Source: Macrostomum lignano
Taxonomy: Eukaryota
Direction of reading: 5' to 3'
Length of the DNA stretch: 64,000 nt
Assembly: GCA_002269645.1 (NCBI GenBank)
Contig: NIVC01000029.1
Span: forward strand, 1,302,001 to 1,366,000
The translations under genes and the position numbers were made by a program. The notes under the pieces are model-generated. The model was not told the origin of the DNA. It was given only the letters and a program-made list of their open reading frames with translations, and did no database searches. Every line of letters starts with the position of its first letter. Positions within the stretch are counted from its first letter, which is position 1. This document shows, piece by piece, positions 1 through 12,500 of this stretch.

Positions 1-561
1 TGCTACTTTAAGCTATAAAAGCTTATCGGCCTATCGTGGAGTTTCGGGTGGTAAATATTAATCAAATGAATGAATGAAATGTGCTTAGAAAAAGCGCACT
101 GAAGCTCAATTTCGAGTTTTTTTAAATAAATTTTCTTTCTTATGCCAACCTTCAACAATAAACGGTTAACTATCAAAATAAAAAGGCTTACTTTTCAACT
201 GGATTAAGCTGTTTTAAATTGTTTTTAATCTCCATCAATGAAATAAGCCATACGGCTGCTGCCATACGGCTGCTGCCAACGGCAACAGACTGGGGTAGTA
301 ATAAAAATGAATAAAACGAGAGAACAAAAATAGCTCGTCTTTTATCCAAGAAGAAAGTTGAGATACAACCAGCCATTTCTTTCTTCATTGCCACTTCTTC
401 ACCGTCTTGTTTATTTATTCATTTTTGACTAAACCAAATCAAGCAACACCAAAATATGCACACGAATGCACAAGCCTTATCTGTTCTTAGAAAATCAGCT
501 AGTTTTATTAATCTGACACTAAAATCAAGTATTACGGTCACCGTGTTCACAAACCGTCAGT

Positions 562-3347
562 TCACTTCTTAGCTTTTCCAGCCGCAGGCTTGCCCTTGAC
601 GCCCTTGGCGCCCTTGGCCGCGGCACCGCCAGTCTTAGCCTTCTTAGCCGCTGGCTTCTTATCAGCGGACGAGTCAGCCTGGAGAGTTGCAAAAAATGAT
701 GTCAATATATATATTTACTACTATAAGTAGAAAACCAAAATTTTCAATAACTAATCAATAAATAAATTTACCTTGCGCTTCTTAGCCTCAGCCTTGCGCT
801 GGGTTAGAATAGCCTTACGTTTAAGCACCAGAGCGTACGGATTCAGCTTGGCCATCACGTTGACGTTCTTCAACGGATTCTTCTTAAGCACGGCCCGCTT
901 CTGGCGTACAACACGCGGTCTAACGGCGGCTTTAACTTCGTCCGAGCGCAACAATCTAGTCAGATCGGTGCAAACCATCTTAGTGTCCGGCAGCTTAGCC
1001 CGGCTATAGATCTGATCTAGCTGACGGAACGCCGACTCAGTCCAGATCACGAATCGGCCCAGGTGACCGCCGGGAGCCAATTTCAGCAGGTTCAGCCGGC
1101 TAACATTGATCAGAGTGATGCCCGGGATGTTGCGGAAAGCCCGACAGAGTCCATTGTCTTTGGCGTAGATGACTAAGGGGCCGCGTTTCTGAATGCGAGC
1201 ACGGTTGCGCATTTTACCGCGGCCGGCTCGGAAACGCTGGCTGGCGTACACCTGGAATTCGGGGTGGGAGAGACATTATAATAGTATAAATAGAAAATTT
1301 GGAGACAGAAATATTTATACACAGGACGATTCCCTAAGCTATCATGGCGCAATAACTGCCTTTTGGTAGCCATTTTATTCAACTCAAAGTGCAGAATGTA
1401 CTTAAAATCTGATCCTGAAGTTTAAAATATAAAATTTTCATCGTTACATGTCTTAGATTTTTAAAACTTTAGAATTCAGATTCCAAGTCCCATAATCAAA
1501 AGCATGATTTGATTCAGAAAGATTAACGCATCCATACAACATTGAAGCTAATGCAAAATAAGCCAAGAAATTTTTGTTACCTTCTGGATATCTGGCCAAG
1601 CCTTGACGCGCTTCAAGAAGGCAACAGCCTCCTTGGTCTTCTTCAGATCCTGCACGGAGTCGCTCACAACCAGTGGCACCTCGCTGATCTTCTCAATGCG
1701 ATGGCCTGAATGTATTAATATGGGTTTAATTTTTATAATTTAAGCAAGATAGCTGAATTGTGATCTAGCAGAACATCTTAGTCTGCAGATCAGGGAGACT
1801 GGCCCAGCAACTGAGGATCTGGGAGGCTGGCCCAGAAACTGAGGATCTGGGAGGCTGGCCCAGCAACTGAGGATCTGGGAGGCTGGCCCAGCAAATGAGA
1901 CTCTGGGATGCTGTCCCAGAAACTGAGGATCTGGGAGGCTGGCCCAGCAACTGAGGATCTGGGAGGCTGGCACAGCAACTGAGGATCTGGGAAGCTGGCC
2001 CAGCAACTGAGGATCTGGGAGACTGGCACAGCAACTGAGGATCTGGGAGGCTGGCCCAGCAACTGAGGATCTGGGAGACTGGCACAGCAACTGAGGATCT
2101 GGGAGACTGGCACAGCAACTGAGGATCTGGGAGACTGGCCCAGCAACTGAGGATCTGGGAGACTGGCACAGCAACTGAGGATCTGGGAGACTGGCCCAGC
2201 AACTGAGGATCTGGGAGACTGGCACAGCAACTGACGATCTGGGGAAGCTGGCCCAGCAACTGAGGATCTGGGAGGCTGGTGGCCTAGCAACTGAGGATCT
2301 GGGACGCTGGCCCAGCAACTGAGGATCTGGGAAGCTGGCCCAGCAACTGACGATCTGGGAGACTGGCACAGCAACTGAGGATCTGGGAGACTGGCACAGC
2401 AACTAAGGATCTGGGAGACTGGCACAGCAACTGAGGATCTGGGAGACTGGCACAGCAACTGAGGATCTGGGAGACTGGCCCAGCAACTGAGGATCTGGGA
2501 GACTGGCACAGCAACTGACGATCTGGGGAAGCTGGCCCAGCAACTGAGGATCTGGGAGGCTGGTGGCCTAGCAACTGAGGATCTGGGACGCTGGCCCAGC
2601 AACTGAGGATCTGGGAAGCTGGCCCAGCAACTGACGATCTGGGAGACTGGCACAGCAACTGAGGATCTGGGAGACTGGCACAGCAACTAAGGATCTGGGA
2701 GACTGGCACAGCAACTGAGGATCTGGGGAAGCTGGCCCAGCAACTGACGATCTGGGAGACTGGCACAGCAACTGATGATTTGGGAGACTGGCACAGCAAC
2801 TGAGGATCTGGGAGACTGGCACAGCAACTGACGATCTGGGAGACTGGCACAGCAACTGAGGATCTATGCGATGGTTGCGTTGGCTCAGAAACAAAAAGCA
2901 CAGTAGAACTATCTCCCCAAACGAACCCCTAGCCAGCACCAAGCTGGTAACGCCGGTAGCAGCGATAGCCGAAGCCACGGCGAAGCGGCGCTGCTGCACG
3001 TTGATCCTGCGGTGCCACTTGCGCCAGGTTTTAGTCGGGGCAAACATGCGACCGCCGCGGCACATGTTGCCGAAAGCGCCCTGACCGGAGCGGCTGGTGC
3101 CGCCGCCGCGCACGCGGGGAATCCTGGCCACGGCCCGGCCGGTGCCCCAGGACTCGGCGGACACCTGATGCCCGGCCTTCACGTGAACAGCGTAGGGCTG
3201 GCGAGTGTTCTTGCGCATCTGGTCGTGCACGAAGTTGAGAATGTCCGGCCGGATCGGGGCGCGGAACACGGCTGGCAGGCCTAGGCTGGTGCCGGCCTTC
3301 TCGCCCTCTTTGCTGGGCTGAACTGTCACTACTGGACGGGCGGTCAT
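562..3347 (-). CDS. RPL4: 60S ribosomal protein L4; coding exons 3347-2927, 1705-1581, 1251-772, 678-562
   Basis: Translation gives MTARPVVTV...[11 protein letters not shown]...[27 protein letters not shown]...[24 protein letters not shown], then [33 protein letters not shown] and a Lys/Ala-rich tail. All introns are GT-AG with consistent phase. Confidence 0.97.
1788..2865. repeat. 28-bp minisatellite (GGGAGACTGGCACAGCAACTGAGGATCT), ~38 copies, in RPL4 coding intron 1
   Basis: Tandem periodicity is directly visible; the spurious ORFs show a 28-aa period. Confidence 0.97.
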
Positions 3348-3419
3348 TGTTGCTGCTAGGCTGGCATGCATGCAAATTAGGGAGCGAATCCGGGGTTTGA
3401 GGCTATTAGTCTCGGTTTA

Positions 3420-3915
3420 GGTTGTTCAGGGCAATTCTTAGGGACTGTTTAGGGCGATTCTTAGGGACTTCTTAGAGCGATTCTTAGGGACTGTTTAGAG
3501 CGATTCTAAGGGACTGTTTAGGGTGATTATTAGGGGCTGTTTAGGGCAATTCTTAGGGACTGTTTAGGGTGATTATTAGGGACTGTTTATGGCGATTCTT
3601 AGGGACTGTTTAGGGTGATTCTTAGGGACTGTTTATGGCGATTCTTAGGGACTGTTTAGGGTGATTCTTAGGGACTGTTTAGGGTGATTCTAAGGTGCTG
3701 TTTAGGGTGATTCTAAGGGTCTGTTTAGGGTGATTCTTAGGGACTGTTTATGGCGATTCTTAGGGACTGTTTAGGATGATTATTAGGGACTGTTTAGGGT
3801 GATTATTAGGGACTGCTTAGGGTGATTCTAAGGGACTGTTTAGGGTGATTCTTAGGGACTGTTTAGGGTGATTCTAAGGGACTGTTTAGGGTGATTCTAA
3901 GGGACTGTTTAGGAC
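3420..3915. repeat. 23-bp minisatellite (TTAGGGACTGTTTAGGGTGATTC), ~21 copies, just upstream of the RPL4 start codon
   Basis: Directly visible; each unit contains two TTAGGG hexamers. Confidence 0.95.
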
Positions 3916-4371
3916 GATTTTGTAGTGGCTGTTTAATGGAAGTTCATAAGGAATGTTTTGGGCAATTCTGGATTATATAATTTATTGGCCTTGTTAAATA
4001 AAAGAAAACATATGTTTTTTTTACGTTTTAAACAATGGTATTTGTTTGCCAACTTTTATTATTATTATTATTAAACAATATCTTAGAATATTTAAGAGCC
4101 TAGTTTTTTAAATTACATTTGTTGACAGCAGGTAGGAAAATTTTGGGGTGGGGAGTTTACTACACAAAGTTTCCAGTAGAATTTTGTTAGCCGTAGAAAG
4201 AAAAGAAAAACGCTGAGCACATTTGAGTACACAGGACGCAGGATAGCAATTTAGTTGGTTATTTAATAAGCGAATTCTGAAGAGTCACACACAGGAGCCA
4301 CTAGCAATAAGTAGTTATGAATATAAGTTTCAGTCAGACAATGCATTCAAAAGCTTCATTAGAGTCGCAAT

Positions 4372-7300
4372 TCAGACAATCTTCTCCAATTCGGCCGCAT
4401 ACTGCAGCATAGTATTGGCCACTCGCTCCGATGGGAATCGTTTCTGAGCGTCGGACTGGTCCTGTTGGAACACGAACTCTCTAGTCTGTTCGGCTAGTTG
4501 CCAGCCGCGGCCTTGTCTGTAGCGCTCCATAGCTTCCAGGCTTTCAAAGAATAGCATACGCTGGGCCTCGCGCTGCTCGATCCGCTCGTAGCTGGCCTCC
4601 ATGCATTTGGCAATCTCGTCCCGAGTAGTATTGAGCAGGATGTTCATGAATAGATTGTAGCGCTCGGATGGCACGTTGCTTTTGGATAGGAATACCTGGA
4701 GGGGTCGGCAACGATTATGAACACAGGTAAATAAAATACCTATTAGTAGTAGGGTAAAAGGTAGGTAGACTGGGGTAGAAGGTAGCGCGGTCTCTGATGT
4801 GCCAGCGGTCCAGGCTCGATTCCAAGTGCAGTCACATTAATTTTGGGCTGAATTGGAATCTCGGCTTGGCTCTGCTCGGCTTGAGAGCCAACCCCCCAAG
4901 GCACAGTGAAGTGTACATGCCTAACGATAAATAAAGTTAGGGCCGCTGTACACATCCTGTGTGAGTGTGTGCTCAGGGGAGTCGGTGGAATGGGCAATAA
5001 TAGAGTGCACACAGCCACAAACCTCTAATAATAAAAAAACCTATCAAATTTACCTTATTATAGCTGCCCTCCATCAGATACTGCTCCATGGATACCGGAT
5101 GCCGAATATAGACGCTATCCATCTGTTGTTCGCTCAGCCTCTCCAATTCAGAATGGAAATCTGCCAATCTACTTTCGCAAAGCAGATAGAGCAGATTCAA
5201 TCCTAGCAGTTCGTGCTCGTAAGGCGATTGAGGTAACTGGCCTTTGTAATCGAAGTAATAGCATTTCAGCTGAGACAGATAGCGCTCGAATGTGGCCACA
5301 TTCTCAGAGGAGATGGCGTGCAGAGCACCGATCTCTAGCGTGTTGCCTGCTCAAGGTTTAGGTAGTTACGAGATATTCTTCTATGACACTCCTGAATACT
5401 ATCTGACACTCCTGAATATTAGCTAAAACTCCTGAGTACTAACTGACACTCATGAATACTATCTGACACTCCTGAATACTATCTGACACTCCTGAATACT
5501 ATCTGACACTCCTGAATACTATCTGAAACTCCTGAATACTATCTGACACTCCTGAATACTGTCTGACACTCCTGAATACTATCTGACACTCCTGAATACT
5601 ATCTGACACTCCTGAATACTATCTGACACTTCTAATACTATCTGACACTCTTGAATACTATCTGACACTCCTGAATACTATCTGAAACTCCTGAATACTA
5701 TCTGACACTCCTGAATACTGTCTGACACTCCTGAATACTTTCTGACACTCCTGAATACTATCTGATACTCCTGAATACTACCTGAAACTCCTGAATACTC
5801 TCTGACACTCCTGAATACTATCTGAAACTCCTGAATACTTTCTGACACTCCTGAATACTGTCTGACACTCCTGAATACTATCTGAAACTTCTGAATACTG
5901 ACACTCCTGAATACTATCTGAAACTCCTGAATACCACCTGACACTCCTGAATACTCTCTGACACTCCTGAAAACTATCTGATACTCTTGAATACTATCTG
6001 ACACTCCTGAATACTATCTGACACTCCTGAATACTATCTGAAACTCCTGAATACTATCTGAAACTCCTGAATACTATCTGACACTCCTGAATACTGTCTG
6101 ACACTCCTGAATACGATCTGAAACTCCTGAATACTATCTGATACTCCTGAATACTATATGAAACTCCTGAATACTCTCTGACACTCCTGAATACTATCTG
6201 AAACTCCTGAATACTTTCTGACACTCCTGAATACTGTCTGACACTCCTGAATACGATCTGAAACTTCTGAATACTATCTGACACTCCTGAATACTATCTG
6301 AAACTCCTGAATACTATCTGACACTCCTGAATACTATCTGACACTCCTGAATACTGTCTGACACTCTTGAATACTATCTGACACTTTCCTGATTACATTT
6401 TTTGCTTAAAAAAGAAATAAAAACGAATGAAAGTCCATGTTTAGTAAGTAAGTATATTTAGATTGAATAGAAAAAACTCACGGGCAATGAGCAGTTCTTG
6501 CTGACTAGCACCAGATTGAGACTCAGGTAGAAAAGAATTGCTCAGCAGTGATATCTGTAGGAATAAATTTTAATAATAACTTTTTTAATTGGCATTAATA
6601 GAATATATCATATCACCATTATATATGTACATATATCATTATACATGGTTCTACATTATATTTAAAATCTATTTTAAAAGCTTAAATTGGATATATAACC
6701 TATAAACAAATAAATATACATATAAATATATAACAAGACATAAGTAGGCCTATATATAATGTAAGCCCTAAAATACTATGCAATTCATAGATCATTTTAT
6801 TTTTATCCTAAGGTTTATACCAGAAAGAATCATGAGCTATATTAGATTTATATTAGAACTACTTTTTCAATTATTATAGGCCTAAAATATTACTTAAAAT
6901 TGCATTTCTTATGACAAACAAAAAAGAAAAAATTGTACCAAAAAATAAATAAATTAATTAATATTTTGTGTAAGGTATCATATCAATATAATTCTTTATT
7001 GGTTTTTATGCCAACATTGTTTAGAAAGCTTTGGTAAAACTATATAAAATAAAAAACAAAAAGCTTGTGCACATTAGTACATAGCAGCATTCTTTGAGAC
7101 CTACAAGTCTTAAAATTAATTGTTTATTTAAAAAAAGTGAAAAAAAACTATTGCAAAGCAGTCAACTTAGATTTATTAAGTAGCATTCTGTTACTTAAAT
7201 TGTTTCTATCAAGAACAACTTTAAAAGATTTATCTGTCTTTCAAAATGCTTTTTTAATATTTTGATATTTGATATTTTGATAAGCAATTCATTACCATTT

Positions 7301-9105
7301 GTGGCGTGCATTGGCATGTAATTGGGTATTGCATGCCAAAAATGGCACATTGGCATGTTTTGGCATAGAATAGCTAGCATAGAATGTGGCCAGGCGTGAT
7401 AGTAGGTCATGTTTTGTTGAGACAAAAGTTCGTGAAAAGACATGGTCTTGTAAAGACAAGAAGTCATACTTATTTTTATTGCAGAAGGACAAACAAATTT
7501 AAATGTGCCAAAAAGAAATGTAATAAATTTCTTTTTGGCACTTTTGCATGTTACAAAAGTTTTTTTAAATGTTGAAGACAGTTTTTTTGAAGTGCATTTT
7601 TCAGTTGTTAAAAGTTAAAAGTTAAGTGTTTTTTTCTATAACATATTAGTTTGGCGTGCATTTGCTTGCCATTGGAATGTGTATCTACTTGGCACTGGTG
7701 TGCATCTACTTGGCACTAGTGTGCATCTACTTGGCACTGGCATGCATCTACTTGGCACTAGTGTGCACTGGTTCAAAGCATTCCAGTATGCATTCAACAT
7801 GATCTAGACTATGGTGCTAACTCCTTGATGCACACTATGTACATAGTCATACATGCGCAATCTCCAAAATTTGGTCGGCCGTGCGACTTAGTTTTAAGAA
7901 AAATGCGACATAGTTTTTGGCCAAAAATGCGACTTACATGTAAAAAAACCCAAAGCAAAATTTATGCAATTTGAGTAAACGGCAGGAGTAACTATGACTG
8001 TCTTATTAAGCAAAAATGCCTCGTCAGCTAATTAGTACTACTTCGGTATTTTTGGGTGGGCATTTTTGCGACTTCCTTGGTTGGCCGCCAAATTGGTTGG
8101 CCGGATTGGCTGACTCAGCCGACTGTTACGCATGTATGTACATAGTACTAGAGTTGCCTAGGACATGACATTGTTGCAATAATTTTCCCCTAGAAATAGG
8201 TACACTCTTTGGGAGTATAGTATTCTAGAGACTAGGCCTATGTATTTTTGGATAAGCCTAGCTTTTGAATAACCTATAGGCCTTAGTCAATAGAGTATTA
8301 TTGACAATTAGGCCTACAATTATTGATTAGGCCTCTTGTTAGTAGTCAAAGCTTTAGTTAAGAATTTAAAAACATAACAATGGTCCTTTTACTTCTCTCT
8401 ATACCCCAGAAGCTAGAACACTGAACAGTCAATAGTAATTTTAAGAGGTTAAAATTTATTTCTCTTTGCATAAGCTAATTTAGAACAATGCCTGTATTGT
8501 GGCCACCTTAGTGTGGCTGGGTTTTTTTGTCTATAACTTGGGTGCAATTTCGCACCCTGTGCTAGATTTCAGGGTGCAATTTTCAAGACCAGGATGCGCT
8601 GCACTGCTGCAGACAAAAACTGGTCTAACACTAATAGTGTGTTTCAAAGTATGTCCATAAGACGTACTACAGATGTTCATAACACTAAATTGTGAAATCC
8701 GCATCACATCCTTGCAAAAAAATTCGTGTGTGCTTTTTGCACCCTGAGTCAAATTTCAGGGTGCGATTTTAAGACCAGGATGCTATTCGCACCCATTCGC
8801 ACAAAAAAACCCATGTGTGTGGCCACCTTAGTCTTAGACATGCACCATCTAATCCAAGTTAGCAGTAGTGTCATCTACAGAAAAAAGTGAATATTTTGTT
8901 ATGGTATGATTCTACATTAATACTGAAACTATAAGAAAAATATAAGGTGTAAGCTAAAAAAAAAAACAAACTATTAAAGTAAAAAATATCATACCTTTAA
9001 GGTTTTTAAAATTTCTCCACAACGATTTAAGTCACAAGAGTTCCGCTCCCACTCCTTTCTAAGAAGCTCATAGCTTTTCGCAACGGTTGCAATGCTGCCG
9101 GACAT
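4372..9105 (-). CDS. PSMD8: 26S proteasome non-ATPase regulatory subunit 8 (Rpn12); exons 9105-8995, 6554-6482, 5346-5054, 4695-4372; 266 aa
   Basis: [37 protein letters not shown] / [10 protein letters not shown]...QELLIAR / NTLEIGAL...[15 protein letters not shown]...[10 protein letters not shown]...[16 protein letters not shown] / VFLSK...[17 protein letters not shown]...[13 protein letters not shown] introns, phases consistent. Confidence 0.96.
4772..5040 (+). mobile_element. tRNA-derived SINE family A, degraded copy in a PSMD8 intron
   Basis: Near-identical blocks shared with 23711-24072 (GATTCCAAGTGCAGTCACATTAATT...GCCAACCCCCCAAGGC...GTTAGGGCCGCTGTACAC). Confidence 0.85.
5385..6386. 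repeat. 20-bp minisatellite (ATCTGACACTCCTGAATACT), ~50 copies, PSMD8 intron 2
   Basis: Tandem periodicity is directly visible. Confidence 0.97.
7678..7770. repeat. Short 22-bp tandem repeat (GCATCTACTTGGCACTGGTGT-like), ~4 copies
   Basis: Directly visible. Confidence 0.8.
7848..8138. mobile_element. hAT-like MITE, 291 bp
   Basis: 13-bp TIRs (CATACATGCGCAA / TTACGCATGTATG, 12/13 match) flanked by a perfect 8-bp direct repeat TACATAGT (7840-7847, 8139-8146). An 8-bp TSD is typical of hAT. Confidence 0.75.
8518..8813. mobile_element. MITE-like element with 13-bp TIRs
   Basis: TGGGTTTTTTTGT / ACAAAAAAACCCA inverted ends; internal duplicated ATTTCAGGGTGC..TTT.AAGACCAGGATGC; a nearby 15-bp direct repeat TGTGGCCACCTTAGT on both sides. 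Confidence 0.5.
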
Positions 9106-9505
9106 GTTTTTCATATATTACGCTACGTGTTTTAGACAATTTTATAGGTAAATACAGCACTGTCACTTTTTACAGGGTAAAAGAAACGATTTCTGGTAAG
9201 AGCGAGCGCACAGTACGGTAGTGCGACAGTTTATTTAGCAAAATTTAAAAATAATAGCTCAACAAACGTTAAAACAAAAGCATCTATATTTTTGCATTAA
9301 ATAGTAAAGTGCTGCCTAAATAACATAAAATTAATAGTATTTTGCAAATTTTAGTGATCAAAAGTTGATTAACTTGCAAAATTAAACAGCAAAATCTGTT
9401 TATAAGTGAATATCTAAGACATTTTTTAACTTTTTAATTTCTCTTTTTTCTTTCATTTTTGTTTCAGCAAAAGTGCTAGATTTCAATCTTTGTGACACAA
9501 GTGAC
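9106..9505. promoter_or_regulatory. Compact divergent (probably bidirectional) promoter region between PSMD8 and the ERICH3-like gene
   Basis: Only 400 bp separate the two head-to-head start codons. No specific motif was identified. Confidence 0.55.
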
Positions 9506-12500
9506 ATGGCAAAACCAGAAACTGGGTATGTTTTATGCATTTAAAAGTATCGGTCCTCACTTTTTGTTTCAAATAAATATTTAGAGTAAAAGCTCGACTT
9601 CAAGTTCATTTATTATTGCCATATTTACAGTATTTACCAGTTGTGAATTACCACAAGTTTCTTTTACAATTACAAACAAATTGGTAACTTCAGGAACTTC
9701 ACTAACTGTCTATCACTGAATTACTCTAATCTATAAAATTATGTAGAAATTTCGGACCATTTAGGCGCTTTTACTTGCATGTATGAAGTGAGTAAAGACA
9801 TGCATAAGTTAGCTGGGGTGTAAATTTTTACCGACAGATCGAATAAATCGCACTTAATCGTATGATCATACTTTATCTATATTCACAAATCTTTTATAGT
9901 ATAGGGAAATTTATTTTGTATTATACTGCTATTAGCTATTTACGAGCGTATACACTAGTACATGACAAATGTTAGACTCGACTTAATCAACTTTATGGCC
10001 GATTGCCTATACGAAATTACCCTTTTTAATAGTACAGGTCGTGTTGCAACGATACCAAAACTTTTTAATTAAGATTTGGCTTTCTTTTGAAGCTAATTAC
10101 TCTTCTGAAATGTATCAATTAAAATGTCCAGTCCAATTTATAGAATTTTACTAGCAATCTTCGCCCCCCAATGGGGGACATCTGGATAGAATCTTTGTTA
10201 TTTACAAGTAACAAATAGACAACGAAAAAACAACAGACATTTCCTCTAAAAGAAAACATCCCTACACAGCAAGCAACCCCTGACAGCATGCAAGCATTTC
10301 CCAGATTGCAAGCAAGCTTGCTTTCGATCTAACTTATCATTGCCCAATTCATCTATGACTACCCTTTGCTTTATTTCTTTTTCAATACGTTTTTTAATAC
10401 AACTAAAATTAACTGACATTCTGGGTGGATAAAGAAATTACATTACATTGCATTACGTTAAATAACTATCCCGAAATTAAACAGTATAAATATACTGTCG
10501 ATTTTTAGAGGGTTTATTCGGAAATTGTGTTCCTAATTTTTTTCCTTTTAGTAGGCTTTAATGAGAGTCATTTGTTTCTTTTTCTTTTTAGTTTTTGTTC
10601 ACTGATTGTAATCGTAATAATCGTTTTTAATAAACGAATTCGTTTCTTATAAACAAAAATCTTACATATTTTAGGCCTCTGGCCCAGTACAACAGCCTGA
10701 AGGATGAGCACCTGGCTGGCTACTTTAATAACAGAGCAAAGTGGCGTCACCTGGTCAAGGCTGGCTTGGTATGGCTTGGATTTATTTTAAGTTTTTAAAC
10801 GAAATAGTTTTTAAACGCTATATTTTTGCTACCCACACAACTACTCAACCAACCAGATCACTCGAACTGGCGAAGTCGTGCCCGAGCCAGTGTACAGGCT
10901 CAAGATGGCCCGAAAAGAGCACAAACGCCACGTGAGGGACATGCTTGCCCAGGCCATTGTGCACAAGTCGCTTGATCTCGAGCGCAAACGTCAAGTCGAT
11001 ATTCGACGCAAACTGGAGGAGATTGCCAAAATGGAGCACGTCAGGCGAATCAAGGTGAGATTAGAGACAGAAACAGGACGCAGTGTTATAAAGCACTACT
11101 TTTCAAAAGTTAATTTTCAAGACAGTAGTAGTTATAGCGTCAGGCATACTTCTTTATTAGAGGCAGAGGGCTGTGTGGCGCCCTGATGCACTTTAAGCGA
11201 CATTGTCATACAACCGGTGACAGGCATTACTGCCCATTCCGCCGACGTCCCTGAGCAGGCACATACGCGTACCGGCACACCCTCACACAGGAGTGTACAG
11301 CGGCCCTAACTTTATTTATCGTTAGGCATGTACTCTTTACTGTGCCTTGGGCCGGTTAGCCCTCAAGGGCGTTAATTTCACGACCAGAACCAAGCCCAGA
11401 TTCCAATTTAGCCCCAAGTTAACGTGACTGCACTTCGTCATATCGTCTTCAATCTTCTGTTACAAATCAACTGAAAATGATAGGTGATGACGTCATGCGT
11501 ACAGGTCTGTGCAGTGGAAAGTATCCATTTTCCAGCGAAGTCGAAAGATGTTGGAAAAGTGGGCCGACGTCCCTGACGTCGGGTTGATATACTGGTCCGT
11601 TACTGCTATATACCTCTATTACAAACTCTAATTCTATTCCCGGGGTCGCACACCGCAACAAAGGGTCAGGCTAGGCCAGAAGATCGCGGCGGTCTACTGG
11701 CGCACCTGACGCCCACCAGCTTGGCGCAGGTTACGGCCCAAGCCGCAGCCAACTCGACGCTCTCGGCCGGTCATCACGACGGACGGCGTCTCCAGCTGCG
11801 TCAGCAACGACGTCAAAACTCGCCACCTCTGCCACAGTTGCTGCTTGACACGCAGCGTAGTAGCGCCGCATCCAGCGATGTGTCTTCGCTAATTAGCGGA
11901 GATCAAGAGCGTCTGCCGAGGCGTTTGGTACTGCAGAAGATTCTACAGTCAATTTCAGTTTTTAAATTCACCATTGTATTTATTTACTGCTTTTCGTCAA
12001 TTTACTTTGATTTGAGGGATAGCGGTCAGTCAGCACAGTCATCCCGTTGAAAATTAAACGTTTTGAGTTTGATTTTTTATCACCTTGTCACTCATTTTCA
12101 TTCGTAATCCAAAGACAATCTGTCAATTGATTTTTGTCACTCGTCAGTTAAGAAGCTCCACAGGACTTCGATATTGTTGTTTCTCCTATGACGTTTATGA
12201 CGTTTATCTATGCTTTCTACTAAAATATTTCCAAACAGAACGAACGCAACCGCCGCGGGGACGAAGACCTGATGCCTCTGCTAGACCCAGGAGCTGCCAC
12301 GTCGTCTGGCATTCGCCGTAGAAAGCAGCGACCCAATCGGATTGGCGGCGATGCCGAGGAGGGCGACGGAGACGAAGAGGTAATTTAGTTTGCGTTTGTG
12401 CGAGGATAAGCTGAGTACTAATAACGCTTACAATGCAAGCATACGTGAAATCAGCGTGTGAAGTCGCCTGGTTAACTGATAACTATAACAAGGCCTCCTC

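Noticed and set aside
188-394. 68-aa minus-strand ORF with a possible splice donor near 190
   Set aside because: No recognisable homology; could be an exon of a gene continuing off-window, but unsupported.
1440-1560. Possible C/D snoRNA in an RPL4 intron (vertebrate RPL4 hosts U16/U18)
   Set aside because: Two CTGA boxes on the minus strand, but no canonical C box, no U18-type guide and only a 9-nt rRNA-like complement.
1740-2901. Long overlapping ORFs (up to 298 aa)
   Set aside because: Translations of the 28-bp minisatellite within an RPL4 intron.
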